Assembly (NCBI RefSeq): GCF_018350175.1
Contig: NC_058378.1
Coordinates: 45,074,001-45,138,000 of the forward strand
Direction: 5' to 3'
Origin: Felis catus
Taxonomy: Eukaryota
DNA: 64,000 nucleotides
A program made the translations under genes and the position numbers. Numbering within the stretch: the stretch's first letter is position 1; every line of letters starts with the position of its first letter. Shown in pieces: positions 14,561 through 27,000 of the stretch. The notes beneath the pieces were generated by a model. That model made no database searches. It saw only the letters and a list, made by a program, of their open reading frames with translations, and was not told the DNA's origin.

Positions 14561-14895
14561 AAAACCTAAAATACATTATATTAATCTCAGCTTCAGAGTA
14601 GTTTCCAGAACCTGCCAGAATTGGGGGCCCGAGCAACAAAGCATTCATGTCTTCCAACTCTAAAATGTAGTCCAAGATTTGAAAAACCAATAAACATCAT
14701 TTATTACTGATTGTCAATATGATTATGTAAACATTACTCACAACAGAACTAAGTGGATTGGATCCGTAAAGAAGAAGAAAATGTAATCCTGTGTCACAGA
14801 GACTGAGTTTATCATATGGGAATGGTAAAAACAAATGATTCCTCTCAGTTTCATATTCACTTGTTCTAGGATATAATTATCTACCACTTTTTCTT

Positions 14896-15121
14896 TTTTT
14901 AAAAAAAAATTTTTTTTTCAACGTTTATTTATTTTTGGGACAGAGAGAGACAGAGCATGAACGGGGGAGGGGCAGAGAGAGAGGGAGACACAGAATCGGA
15001 AACAGGCTCCAGGCTCTGAGCCATCAGCCCAGAGCCTGACGCAGGGCTCGAACTCACGGACCGCGAGATCATGACCTGGCTGAAGTCGGACGCTTAACCG
15101 ACTGCGCCACCCAGGCGCCCC
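14896..15121 (-). mobile_element. Young feline SINEC_Fc-type SINE, antisense
   Basis: Near-consensus with CpGs retained (gaagtcggacgcttaaccgactgcgccacccaggcgcccc); perfect TSD ctaccactttttctt. Confidence 0.96.
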
Positions 15122-15309
15122 CTACCACTTTTTCTTATATTCAGTACGGTCGTTTTTCTTAAAGAGGCACTAAACTTGTTTGGTGACAAAACTTGATATG
15201 TAACATATTTAAGGGGTATGTTACTGTTCTAAAATCTGGAAAATGCTAACTTTTAAAGTCTATCTGGCCCCAAGGAATTCTGTTAAGGGAATGTGGAGAT
15301 ATTAAGTAG

Positions 15310-15446
15310 NNNNNNNNNNNNNNNNNNNNNNNNNNNNNNNNNNNNNNNNNNNNNNNNNNNNNNNNNNNNNNNNNNNNNNNNNNNNNNNNNNNNNNNNNNN
15401 NNNNNNNNNNNNNNNNNNNNNNNNNNNNNNNNNNNNNNNNNNNNNN
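15310..15446. other. Assembly gap (137 N)
   Basis: Run of n in BMPR1A intron 10. Confidence 1.
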
Positions 15447-15447
15447 T

Positions 15448-15672
<225 letters not shown>

Positions 15673-15750
15673 TAGTGTGGTTCCAGTTATGTTTATATCC
15701 TCATTATTGAACAAGCAACAGCTCCATTTATATAACTTAGATGTCATATA

Positions 15751-16311
15751 TGTTGGGGATCAAGGCCACTGCCACATTTTGTGATTTCACTACAAGGACT
15801 CATAGGACTCAGCATATAGTTGTCCTCACAGCTAAGATTTATTACAGTGAAAGAATACAGATAAAGTCAGCCAAGGGAAAAGTGCACGGAGCAAAGTTCA
15901 GAGGAAATCGGGCACAAGCCTCCAGAAGCCCTCTCCCAGTGGAGTCACACAGGATGTGCTTAATCCCTCCAGCAGTGAGTTAGGACACTTGTGAAATACT
16001 GCCATCTAGGAAACTTCATGAGAGACCTAGTACCCAAAGATATTTTTAGAGCCAGGTTACATGGGCACCCTCCACCTAGCAAGTACCAGAATTCCAAACT
16101 CCTAGAACGAGAATAGGTGTTCAGCATAAACCATATTGTTTGCACAAACCGTCTAGGCACAGTGAGCGACCTTATCACTTAGGAGAAGTTTTATATGCGT
16201 GTAGGGGACTGTTTACCTGGCAAGTTCCCAGACACTGGCCCAGCGCCAGCCCTCTACGCAGGCCTTTTCAGGACAGCAGTCTCAGGCCTGCCATGTTCAC
16301 TATTCCCCACA
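15751..16311 (-). mobile_element. MER77/MER21-like ERVL-class solo LTR
   Basis: TG...CA ends; ggactcagcatatagttgtcctcacagctaagatttattacag and cctctcccagtggagtcacacagg recalled from this family; starts 90 nt after exon 11. Confidence 0.65.
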
Positions 16312-16663
16312 AATCATGTTGTCTTTCTGCTGTAGAACAAAAAATAAAAACTGCATTCATTAGTAAGAACAAATATGTATGTAAATAATTAGACTAAAAA
16401 GGTAAATGAGCATTTCACCTTACTTTTTTTAAGGGATATACATAGCTAAGTCCATAAGTTTCATAGGACCCTACCCGGATGGAGGTAGAGAAAATAATTA
16501 GGCATGAAAAAGAGAAGAACATACATTTACTGTTAAAAGTGAATCAGTTACTCTAATTCTTTTCTTCTTTGTGTAGGAATCTGTTTTAACTCCCATAGTT
16601 GAGTAAGAGGTGCTGAGTAGGTTGACATTTTTTGTGCCCACTGTGTTTTCTCACTCCCTACAG

Positions 16664-16794
16664 GGATAGTAGAAGAGTACCAGTTGCCTTATTACAATAT
16701 GGTACCCAATGATCCATCATACGAAGATATGCGTGAGGTTGTGTGTGTCAAACGTTTGCGGCCAATTGTGTCCAATCGATGGAACAGTGATGAA
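16664..16794 (+). CDS. BMPR1A: BMPR1A exon 12 equivalent
   Basis: acag|GG ATA...GAT GAA|gtaagc, 131 nt; (G)[43 protein letters not shown]. Confidence 0.97.
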
Positions 16795-16878
16795 GTAAGC
16801 AGAGCTCCGTCCCCTGAAGTGGTTGGTAAGTGTCGTCAAAGATCTTCATGTGCTCACCACACTCTCTTTACTTTTCAG

Positions 16879-17004
16879 TGTCTACGAGCAGTTTTGAAGC
16901 TCATGTCAGAATGCTGGGCCCATAATCCAGCCTCCAGACTTACAGCTCTGAGAATCAAGAAGACACTTGCCAAGATGGTTGAATCCCAGGATGTAAAGAT
17001 TTGA
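16879..17004 (+). CDS. BMPR1A: BMPR1A terminal coding exon
   Basis: tcag|TGT CTA...ATT TGA, 126 nt; [41 protein letters not shown]. The eight exons sum to 1266 nt = 421 aa + stop with no frameshift. Confidence 0.97.
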   Translation, partial: CLRAVLKLMSECWAHNPASRLTALRIKKTLAKMVESQDVKI

Positions 17005-17513
17005 TAAACAGTCCTGAGGAGAAATTCTAGACTGCAGGAACTGTTTTCACCCAAGGAATGGGTGGAATTAGAGTAGAATAAGGATGCTAACTTGGTTCTC
17101 AGACTCTTTCCTCACTACACCTTCACTGGCTGCTAATATTAAACCTTTCAGTACTCTGTAGAATACAAGCTGGGAACTTCTAAACACTTTGTTCTTTATA
17201 TATGGACGGCTTTATTTTAAATGTGGTTTTTGATGCCTTTTTTTAAATTGGGTTTTTATGAACTACATCAAGACTTCAATCCTGATTAATAAGTCTCCAG
17301 ACTCTGGGTACTGAATTCCCTGTTCATAAAATGGTGCTTTCTGTGAAAGCCTTAAGAAGACAAATGAATTCAGCGGAGATGGAGAAATACACACTTTGCC
17401 TTCTACCTGAGGAAGTTTAATCTGTTTGTATCCCACCTTTGTAAACAGCCTATGGATTATGATCTGTTGGGGATACTCCTTAGTTTATGATAGTTTGTCA
17501 TGCTTTGATGGTG

Positions 17514-17528
17514 GTGTGTACACACGTG

Positions 17529-17562
<34 letters not shown>
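17514..17562. repeat. Mixed purine-pyrimidine / (CA)n microsatellite in BMPR1A 3'UTR
   Basis: gtgtgtacacacgtgcacgcgcgcacacacacac... Confidence 0.9.
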
Positions 17563-17563
<1 letters not shown>

Positions 17564-17802
17564 CAGGATTCTTCTGCTGCCATTCGAATTAGAAGAAAAG
17601 AATTTATGGATGCACAGGAAGATATTGATGGCTGTTGGTTTTGTGCTTTAAAAATGCATTATCTGACCAAGATTCTCCAATCACATAAAAGCCATTTACT
17701 TACCTTGCAAGTGAGCAAGCTTCTCTGCCAACTTTATTTTTTAACATGAAAGTTGATACAAAGGCCAAAAGAAGTTTAAAGTGTCTGTAAATTTGGTCTG
17801 TT

Positions 17803-17909
17803 TTCCTTTCATTACCATCTTTTTCTTCCTCCCTCCCTCCCCACCTGCTTCCTCTCCCCTCCCCTCCTCTCCCTCCCTTTCCATCTCTTTCTTTTCTTTT
17901 TTTCTTTTT
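17803..17909. repeat. Polypyrimidine (CT-rich) tract in BMPR1A 3'UTR
   Basis: About 105 nt almost entirely C/T. Confidence 0.85.
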
Positions 17910-20900
17910 GGTAATTCTTACTTTTGTCCTGAGAATCATCTTATCCAAAGTTGGAACTTCCAATGCCATGAACCTTCTAAAGAAAAACACTTCTTATTGA
18001 AGTGAACTACTAATTACTGCATTTGATAGCAATGTAAGTGCCTATAACCATGTTCTATATTCTTTATTCTCAGTAACTTTTAAAAGGGAAGTTATTTATA
18101 TTTTGTGTGTAATATGCTTTATTTGCAAAACACCTCCTTTACAACCATATTTTATATATGTACATACATGTATACTGTAGAAACCATCTCCTGTGTACCT
18201 CATATCCCATTCTTAAGGGAAAAAAATTAAGAGATCATCAGAAAAAAAAGAAGTTATAAAGTAGAACTACATATAAATTTTCAGAATTAATGCATTCAAA
18301 AGCATATATCAAATCTAGGACTTTGTTATTTCAGGCATAGACTTTCAATAAGATGCTGTCATCTCCTGTTTTCTTTGTGAAGGGATCCTCCAATTAGAAG
18401 TTTCTATTTCAGGGCTGATAGAAACTTACCAACAACTATTTTGGGCATTTAAATCATTTGAGACTTTTGGTTGTATGATTTCTGTTCCATAACTTGTGAT
18501 GACAATGAAGAGTCAGGCAAAAAAAGCTCAGTATCTAGTGATATGACTATAGACTATGAAATGTCTGTAGCCATTACCTGTGTCTATTCCATAGAGCTAT
18601 TATTCAGTACAATGCGACATTTTATGCATGCCTTGTTATCCCAAGGAATAATTCTGATTTACTTAAACTTACACTTCTGTAATGCCTTTTTCCTGTTAAT
18701 GTCTTATCCTGAACAAACAGCTCACGGGTGCATAAAGTGAATAGTTTTTTTTTGAATGTAACATAAAATAAATGTGATTATATCACAACATAGTTAAAAA
18801 CCTTTAAAGGGGAGGAATCAGAGCACGTATCCATCCATTACCAAAAATCTGACTGGCGTTTAAGGATGAAACTCTTATTTATACATGAAACTTCACAAAT
18901 TTGAGATTTTCTTGAATAGGTTTGACTAAGCTTAGTAGTTTTCATCTAACATAATTAAAGTTTGAAGTGTTCATCAAAATCAGTAAATGTATAGATAGTA
19001 TGCAATAACGTGCTCTTTCAGAATGTTCTCCCTGTGTCTGTACTGACCGATTCTAATCCATGTTGCCATGTGATTTAAGAACAATTCTGAGCTCTGATCA
19101 TAATCTAAGGTTGCTTTATTTTTTATTGGATAAACTATAGATCTTGGAAATTATTTGTCATCTTAATAACAAAGTATGTAAAGAAAGGCAAACTTTATTC
19201 TTAGTAATGTTAAAATAGTGTGTGAGAGCAGACGATTACAGATAGTATATAAGTAGAAGACCACTATAATGTTTTTTTTAATAAAATCTATGAAAAGTGG
19301 TATCAAGAATTAACTTCAGTGGCTTGTTCAGTTAAAATATTTTCTAAGATAGCATGTTCTTTAGAAAGCAAATGATGCCATATTTGAAATACTAAAGTCC
19401 AAAAAATATGCATGAAACTTATTTTCTTCTCTCCTTCCTACTCTCACTGTTAAATTTCTAAGTTTATCCAGTAAGTGAAATATTTAAAGACTAAGAGGAA
19501 GTATTACATAGTACTATATAGCTAATAATTTGTAAAACCCCAGGAGCCATTATTTGGCCCCACTTACAATTTAGCTTGAATCTAGTTTCTCTGGAAATGT
19601 CTTCACAAAAGATATTTCGGTCAACATTAGAAGTGTCCCTAAACTTAGAGAGTGGCCTATAGCTTTTGAAAATTATGTTTTACAAAACGTGCCAGATTTT
19701 TTATTTATGCAGTCTAAAAATACTCAGTACCTTTTTCTTTCATACGTTTTACTTCTATTTAGGACAAAAATGTAATACAACTTTTAAAAAATCATGTATC
19801 TCTTAAACTGGCCCAAGATCAAATTTGATATTGAATTATTTATTCCAGGCAAGATGTTATAAATTAAATCACTTATGTTTCTTTTCATACACGTTGTTTG
19901 GAAATGTTCCAAATACCTAAATTAACCTCAACAGGAGAAATACTAATTGATTTTCTAAAAAAGACTGTTGTAGCTCTTGTACTGTCGAAAGGGGTGGTAT
20001 TTATTACTTGCTTGGGTCAGGTGTTAAAATAGGGTAGCAGTTCATCATATTGCCTCAGTGCTGTTATGAGAGTTACAGTGGAAAACCGCACAGAGCTGAC
20101 TTGTGCATAAACACCAAATTAAATCTCTGGCCGGCAGCACGTGAAGCCACGTGTGATGATCATCCCGTAAGGAAAGTATGTGAATACTGCTTTTGCAAAG
20201 GAGTAAATCTATTACTGTAATTTTAGCTTGTGCTCTGTACTATGCTTTCAGTGGAATTATTTAAGCTCTTTTAGTGACCATTGTCCTTGCCCGTTTAAAA
20301 ACTAAAATGTAGTATATATATTGTATAAATGAAAATATCATTATAGCTTAATTAGGGAAGTTGTACATAGACATCAAAAGAAGGGTTAAAAACAAGCAGT
20401 TTTATTATGCAATTGTAAAACACCAAAAATATAGATTCATCTTTGATATGTAACACACTAAATGTATTTTGTACAGCATCTGGTTTAAAAGGTGCCTTAT
20501 TAAGTTTACCATTAATTGCTTTGTTCTATATATAGATTACATCCAATGTATCATTTTTAAGTAAATAACCTTATTTTAGTATACTTTAGTGATGTGTTTT
20601 GTGATACTCTGCTCCGACGGTATTGTGTGTCAAAAGTCACATGCCTGGTGAGATTTTACAGCAAGTTAGTGTATGTACACGTGTCTCTGAGATGTGCATT
20701 TCAGCAACTGGAAATCCAGTGTGGGACACACAGCAGGTAAGTGACCACACACTCTTTCCTTCATGTAGATAGAGAAGTTACAAACCTATTACAATGAAGG
20801 GTTGTTTCCCTCTAAAAAAAACTTTTTTTCTAATTCTAAAACTATGCACTCATTGCAGAAACTTTGGAAAACAGAAAAGCATAAAGAAGCAAATAAAATC

Positions 20901-21415
20901 ACTCGCAATTCTGCCACATGTTACCCCTATTCACTTTTGGATGTTGCCTTTCACTCTTTTCTACTGCATACTTTCTACAAAATTAAGACCATAGTATGTC
21001 ATTAATATCCATCGAAACAACTTAAAAAAAAAGTTGAATGCATAATATTCCAACAAGTAGATGGAATAATTTATTTTTGTAATTCCCTGTTGAATATTTG
21101 GGTTATTTCCATTGTTTTCAAAAATATAACGAATGTATTGCACATCCGTATACCTAAATCTTTTAAATCATGAATTTATTCTCTTAGATTACATTCCTAA
21201 AAGTGAGACTAGTGAATATGAACTTTTAAAGGAATATTTAAGATGAAAAAAATCAAAGGTTCTTGGTTAAATGTTGCCATATTTCTGCCCGCAGGGTTTC
21301 TCATGGACACTCATACTAGTCATGTCAAGAGAGGGTTCATCTCGCTACGTTGCTTCCAATTTCCATCTCTCTCTGCTACCATAGTGCCTGGTTTGTTCCC
21401 ATTTAACTCATTTCT

Positions 21416-21638
21416 TTTTTTTTTTTTTTTTTTTTTTAGCATTTATTCACTTTTTGAGAGACCGAAACAGTGCGAGCAGGGCAGGGGCAGAGAGAGAGGG
21501 AGACACAGAATCCAAAGCAAGCTCCAGGCTCTGAGCTATCAGCACAGAGACCAATGTGGGGCTTGAACTCACAAACCATGAGATCATGACCTGAGCCTAA
21601 GTCAGACACTTAACCGACTGAGCCACCTAGGTGGCCCC
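21416..21638 (-). mobile_element. Can-SINE, antisense
   Basis: Long poly-T; TSD taactcatttcttt. Confidence 0.93.
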
Positions 21639-23624
21639 AGTAACTCATTTCTTTATTGAGAGTAATGGAATCCATTTATCTGGCTTTACAGTGTTCTTGC
21701 TTGCAGCAAACGCTTTGTTAAAAGCTGGAAATGCAAGGAGGGACAATAGCTCTCCTTCTGTTCTGCAGCAGTTTCATTTACCCTCCTGCATATATTCCCA
21801 ACACCAATCAGAGCTGTGGGCAGTTGTGTGTAAATTCAATGTACCTTATGATGCCTTAGGCAGTTGAACAGGTTAAATCATCATAAAAGGCTTGGGACTA
21901 GTCAATGGTCTCCTTGCCAAAAAAGATGCATGGTTGGAGATAGCCTATTCTAGATTGCTTACAGGAACCCCCACTTAGTTTCACTGTAAGATGCTTTCTT
22001 GAAACAATAGCACACACTCCCCTGCAGCCTGGGAAAGAAGAATCAGGCGTTTCTTGGGCCTATCAAATACTTGCTAGCTTTCCTTCCATCTGTTAAAGGC
22101 TGACTCAAAACCTGGGTCAGTATATTCATTTTTCCTTCCCAGCATAATCTGTTACTCTCACTGATTAGTTGGAATAGTGACTATTTCCAAGGTTTCTTTA
22201 ATAGTAGTAGTAGGACTATTAGAGTAAACATTAAGGGATGAGGACACTATTCTTTCAGAATAATCTAATCCTTGTAGGTAGTTTCAAGCAGACGCTAATT
22301 CAGTCATTAAATCTTCGCTCACTTGGAGAAATATTTATCTGCCTGTTGGTAGCACAAGGACCATTTCTGGCACTTTAGACTGTATGAAGTTAGACGCGTG
22401 TTCCTGCAAAGCCTTGCTTCAGCCCTTGGAGCAGTCCAGCCGTGACTAAGCAGACACGGTGCACCGAAGGTAGCCAGCCAGCAGTGTAAGGCAGAGGCCA
22501 CCCAGTGGCACTGGGCACTGCACTGGTCTTGGAGTTCAGTCCTGTGAGCTCAGGTTAAGAGCAGAAAGAGGCAAGTCCCCCTAAAGCTGGAAAGCAAGAG
22601 GAGGCTTAGTTCAAGTGCGAAGGTACACCCAAAAAATATTCCAGATCGAAGCCAAGGCTGGGGCTGAAAGGTTAATCCCTAATTGCCCTTTGAGGTAGAG
22701 ATTGTTACTCTCCTGTTTAGATGGAATATGTGTGGCCTGCCTCTTACTCCTCTAAACCGGATAGTCCTGGCCTTTGTCCAGTTAGTTTTACTGAGTGTCC
22801 ACATGTCTGCTCAGAACGAAGTTCAAGGTGATTCCAGCTTCCCCAGTGCTTCCTACCTCCACCTCAGTGCTCTAAATATCCCTCTACAGGGAACCTGAAA
22901 TGTTACCGTTATTTGGAAGTCAAAGGTCAGTATGAAATACTCAAGAAAATATTTTCAAGCTAGAGGAAGAAAGCACTAAGGCCTTCGTCGTTGAGAGGGG
23001 AGCCGTTTTTAAAGCAAAGTGAAAATTGGCTGATGACTGAGGTGGTGATGGGCACCTGCTGCTCTGCTCGCTGCTACTTGCTGCATGACTAAAATCCGAG
23101 TAAGCGTTGAAAACTATTAAAAAGACGATCGAAAGGCCGTGGCAAAATAAAAGACCAACACTGTTATGGAAGACGTTTCAATCAAACACTTAAAAATCAA
23201 AGCTTATTGTTTGGTTCTGTCTTCCTTCTTGGCTAGGACTTTGGCTGGAGATAGAATCTAACTGAAGATACTTCCAGCGTCCCTATTGCCAGTAAGAAGT
23301 CTGATGTGTCTAATTCAGTCCACTGTAATTTATTTCATTCAAGAAACAGGATTTTTTTTTTTTGATGTTTTGAAGTTTAAACTTGCCATGTCTGGATACA
23401 TTTCTTTGTGTTAGTACTAACTGCATGCTTTTAACCTTTCCTTAAACCTGAGAACTTCCACTATTTCCTCCCTTTCCTTCTTTTACTTTTCTTTCTAGAA
23501 CTCCTATTAGGCAAATATTAGGTGTCCTGGATGTTTCTTCCATATTTCTTAGTCTATCTCTCCTTTGTTCCCTCCTACCGTCTTCTTTTCAGCCCATCTA
23601 CTAAGTTGCTTTATTAAACCAAAG

Positions 23625-23795
23625 TTTTTTTTAAATGTCTATTTATTTTGAGAGAGAGAAGGAGAGAGATCCCAAGCAGGCTCCACTCTGTCGGTGCAGA
23701 GCCCAACACGAGGCTTGATCTAATGAACTGTGAGATCGTGACCCGAGCAGAAATCAGGAGTCAGATGTTTTACCCACTGAGCCACTCAGGTGCCC
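23625..23795 (-). mobile_element. Can-SINE, antisense
   Basis: actgagccactcaggtgcccc end; gagagagag linker. Confidence 0.88.
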
Positions 23796-23809
23796 CTCCA
23801 CCAAATTTG

Positions 23810-24900
23810 ATTTTAGCTTTTTTTTGAAATAACTTCAAAATTCCAGAAAAGTTGTAAAAATAGTATAAAGAATGCCATTTACCCTTCACCCAGATGCATA
23901 AACTACTACGTTTTGCCACAATTGCCTTATCAGTCTGTGTGTGTGTGTGTGTGTACAGGCATAAAGGCTTGTCTTGGAATGTTTGTGCACACGTGCGTGC
24001 ATAAATACATACACCTTTTCTGAACTATTTGGATTAAACTACACAGGTCATGCTTCTTTCAATATTTCAGGGATATTCTATTACATAACCATTAGGTACA
24101 ATTTTCAAAATAAAGTTGACATTGACACTATAATCATCAGCAATACTATAACCTGCAGACCTTTGCCAGTTTATTCTAATAAAGTCCTTGAGAGCACACT
24201 TTCTGGGCCCAGAATCTGTTGCGTTGCATTTAGTTGTCATGTCTCCTTACTCTTCAATCTGAAACAGTTCTCCGGTTTCTGTCTTCCTGTGATACATTTT
24301 CTAGAGTAAAAAGGCCAGAGGGTCTGTGGACATATTTGTGTCCCATTGGGAGGCCATTATCGATAATGTCATTGTTGATCCCTTACTCGAGGCGATGCCT
24401 ACTGTCTTCACTGCACAGTTGGTTGTTTTCCCTTTGTAATTACTATGCTATGGAGATAATTTGAGACTGTTCCAGCCATTGGTAATTCCAGTGTGAATCA
24501 GTGGTTACAAAATAGTGACTTTTGCTTGCATTATTACATTTACATTTATTAATTGGCATTCTGTAAGGAAGAGGTCTAGCTTCCCTTCCTGTTTATTTTT
24601 TATCATCAGTAGGAACTCATGGATTCTTATTTTATACCATGAGTTATAGTCTATGAGGTCATTATTTGTTTTGATGCTCAAGTTGATTCAGACTTGACCC
24701 CTGGAAATTCAAGTTGGCTCTTGAGGCTTTTTCCACATGCCCATCTTGTTTTGAGCACTTCTTACCTTTTGGGGGGACTGAAAAGATGTTCCAGGGTCAT
24801 CTGGTACTGTACCTGCCCCAGCCATGGGGTCAGCCATGCTCCCAGGCACTCTGATTCCTTTTAGAGAGGATGGTATTTAGAAACCAGAATCTGAGTGGCA
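23810..24900 (-). mobile_element. Decayed L1 3'UTR fragment, antisense (limits approximate)
   Basis: gaaataacttcaaaattccagaaaagttgtaaaaatagtataaagaatgccatttacccttcacccag...ggtatttagaaaccagaatctg. Confidence 0.65.
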
Positions 24901-25154
24901 AATAAGATTTCCAGTTTCCTGTATTGTTTTAGAGACTTGAATATTCCAAAATCTTCACGTTTTTTCAGTTTTGTATTCTCTTGTTCGTGATGTTAGTTTT
25001 CCACAAATATTTAGCACTTTGGTGTAGTTGCTAATCTTTGCGTTACTGAACCCCTGCTCACATCAGTTCAGTGTTCCTCAGCTTCCTGTTTTTATCAGGA
25101 AGTGATGGGGTAATAGCTGTTTGTTAGAGCAAAAATTGAGAAATGATCCTTTCT

Positions 25155-25376
25155 GGGGCACCTGGGTGGCTCAGTCGGTTGAGTGTCTGACTCTTGATTT
25201 CAGCTCAGGTCATGATCTCACGGTTTGTGGGTTTCAGCCCCGCATCGGGCTCTACACTGACAGCGAGGAGCCTGCTTGGGATTCTCTCTCTCCCTCTCTC
25301 TCTGCCCTTCCCCCACTCATGCTCTCTCTTTCTCTCTCTCTGTCCCTCCTCCCCTCAAAATAAAATTAAAAAAAAG
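25155..25376 (+). mobile_element. Can-SINE
   Basis: ggggcacctgggtggctcagtcggttgag head; TSD agaa(a/g)tgat(c/a)ctttct. Confidence 0.93.
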
Positions 25377-25632
25377 AAGTGATACTTTCTCTTTGCCTAC
25401 TCAGGAGGATTCAGGCTTTTCCCACTCCACATTTAGCTCGCCTCCAACCCCCACCGCCCCTCAGCAAGTTTTGTCACTGTTAGGCCAGGTTTGGGGGGCT
25501 TTCTTGATGCAGGATGGAGAAACGCTGCTCAGACCAGAGCTGATGATGTTTGATATTTTCAAGAGAAACCTAGGATGCCAGCGTTGCTGCAGAGCAGCAG
25601 AGGAAAGGAGAGCTTTAAGAAGCATCTTTTAC

Positions 25633-26030
25633 GGGGGCTCCTGGGTGGCTCAGTCGATTAAACGCCAACTTCAGCTCAGGTCGTGATCTCATAGTTTGTG
25701 AATTCGAGCCCCACATCAGGCTCTCTGCTGTTGGCAAAGCACCTGCTTTGAATCTTCTGTCCCGGTCTCTGTCTCCTCCCCACTTGTGATCGAAACTCTC
25801 TCACAGAAACAAACATTAAGAAAAAAAAAAAAAAAAGAACAGTCAGATCAGCCCCCGACTTCGGCCCAGGTCATGATCTCACAGTTGGTGGGTTTGAGCC
25901 CTATGTCAGGCTCTGTGTTGACAGCTTGGAGCCTGCTTCAGATTCTGTCTCCCTGTCTCTCTGCCCCTCCCCCACTCTCTCCCCCTCTCTCTCTCTCTCT
26001 CAAAAATAAACATTAAAAAAATTTTTTAAA
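25633..26030 (+). mobile_element. Head-to-tail Can-SINE dimer (second unit 5'-truncated)
   Basis: Unit 1 25633-25839, unit 2 from ~25840 to 26030; one shared TSD-like pair (catcttttac) outside both. Confidence 0.88.
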
Positions 26031-26860
26031 GGAACATCTTTTACAGACCATATATCCTCTCCACAGTGTTTCTGAAATAAAAAGTTGTTTCTGAAATAAA
26101 AGTAAAGGTCAGACGTTACTTTGACAGTATGTTGTGGTCTGGGAACATGCGTCTGGACTGCTGCGGGTAAGGTTATCCATGTCTTCTGGGGGCTTCCTGC
26201 CTCCACGGGCAGTAGCCAGCCTGCAGTTGGAGGCCCAGGATCGCCCCGCACTGCCTAGGTCGGGGCAGAGGCCACCGCCGCCAGCCGCTTTGTACAGGCA
26301 GGGGATGGCTGGGACCCTGGGCCTGCTGCCCCTCAGCTGTATCGCCTCTGCTCATCCCCTCAACTGTCTTAGGGGCTGAGTTTCAGTTTGGGGTTCCCTC
26401 GAAATCACTCCCATCTCCAGGAGTCTCAAAGGTTTTGGGTTATGATTTCCTACTCCTATTTCATTTTATACTTGATCCCTTCTACTTCCCATTTTTCAGG
26501 AACTAGGAAAATGTTCTGATCTGCTTATGGTACCCTTTCTTGTTTTTCAATATTGTTTTTGAATATATTTATGGTTTTTTTCTCTCCATCAAATTTGGGG
26601 AGGTAGGATACCTCCATTGCCTCGTTCTGGATGCCACAGTGAAGTATGTTTTAACCCCTGGGGAACACTACGGCTGGTGGGCAATGGAAAAAGAGTCTGT
26701 ACCCAGAGATATTAGATGCCATAGTGGAGATCAGAAATCTGTCAAATGAATTCTAGAATTCTTGCTAATCTGGTGTCTTCATTATAGAAGTAAACATAAT
26801 AAGGTTTTGTGAAATTGGTTGTGTTGATTGGAAAGCATCCTATTTAAAAGAACCACTGTT

Positions 26861-27000
26861 GGGGTGCCTGGGTGGCTCAGTTGGTTGAGTGTTGGGCTCT
26901 GCACTGAGCGTGGAGCCTGCTTAAGATTCTCTCCCTCTTCCCTTCCCCCACTTTCTCCTCTCTCTCAAAATCAAAATAAAATTTAAAAATAAATAAATAA
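26861..27000 (+). mobile_element. Internally deleted Can-SINE
   Basis: Head jumps from ttgagtgt to tgggctctgc; TSD aaaagaacca(c/t)tgtt. Confidence 0.88.

Larger units (their letters stand above)
17005..20585 (+). other. BMPR1A: BMPR1A long 3'UTR (3' end approximate)
   Basis: AU-rich stretch with no recognisable transposon; AATAAA at 18767-18772 and 19280-19285; variant AGTAAA at 20560-20565 followed by a GT-rich element (gatgtgttttgtg); repeat-derived sequence resumes after ~20800. Confidence 0.65.

Noticed and set aside
20153-20260. C/D-box snoRNA suggested by GTGATGA
   Set aside because: No CTGA D box at a suitable distance, no terminal stem, and it lies in a 3'UTR
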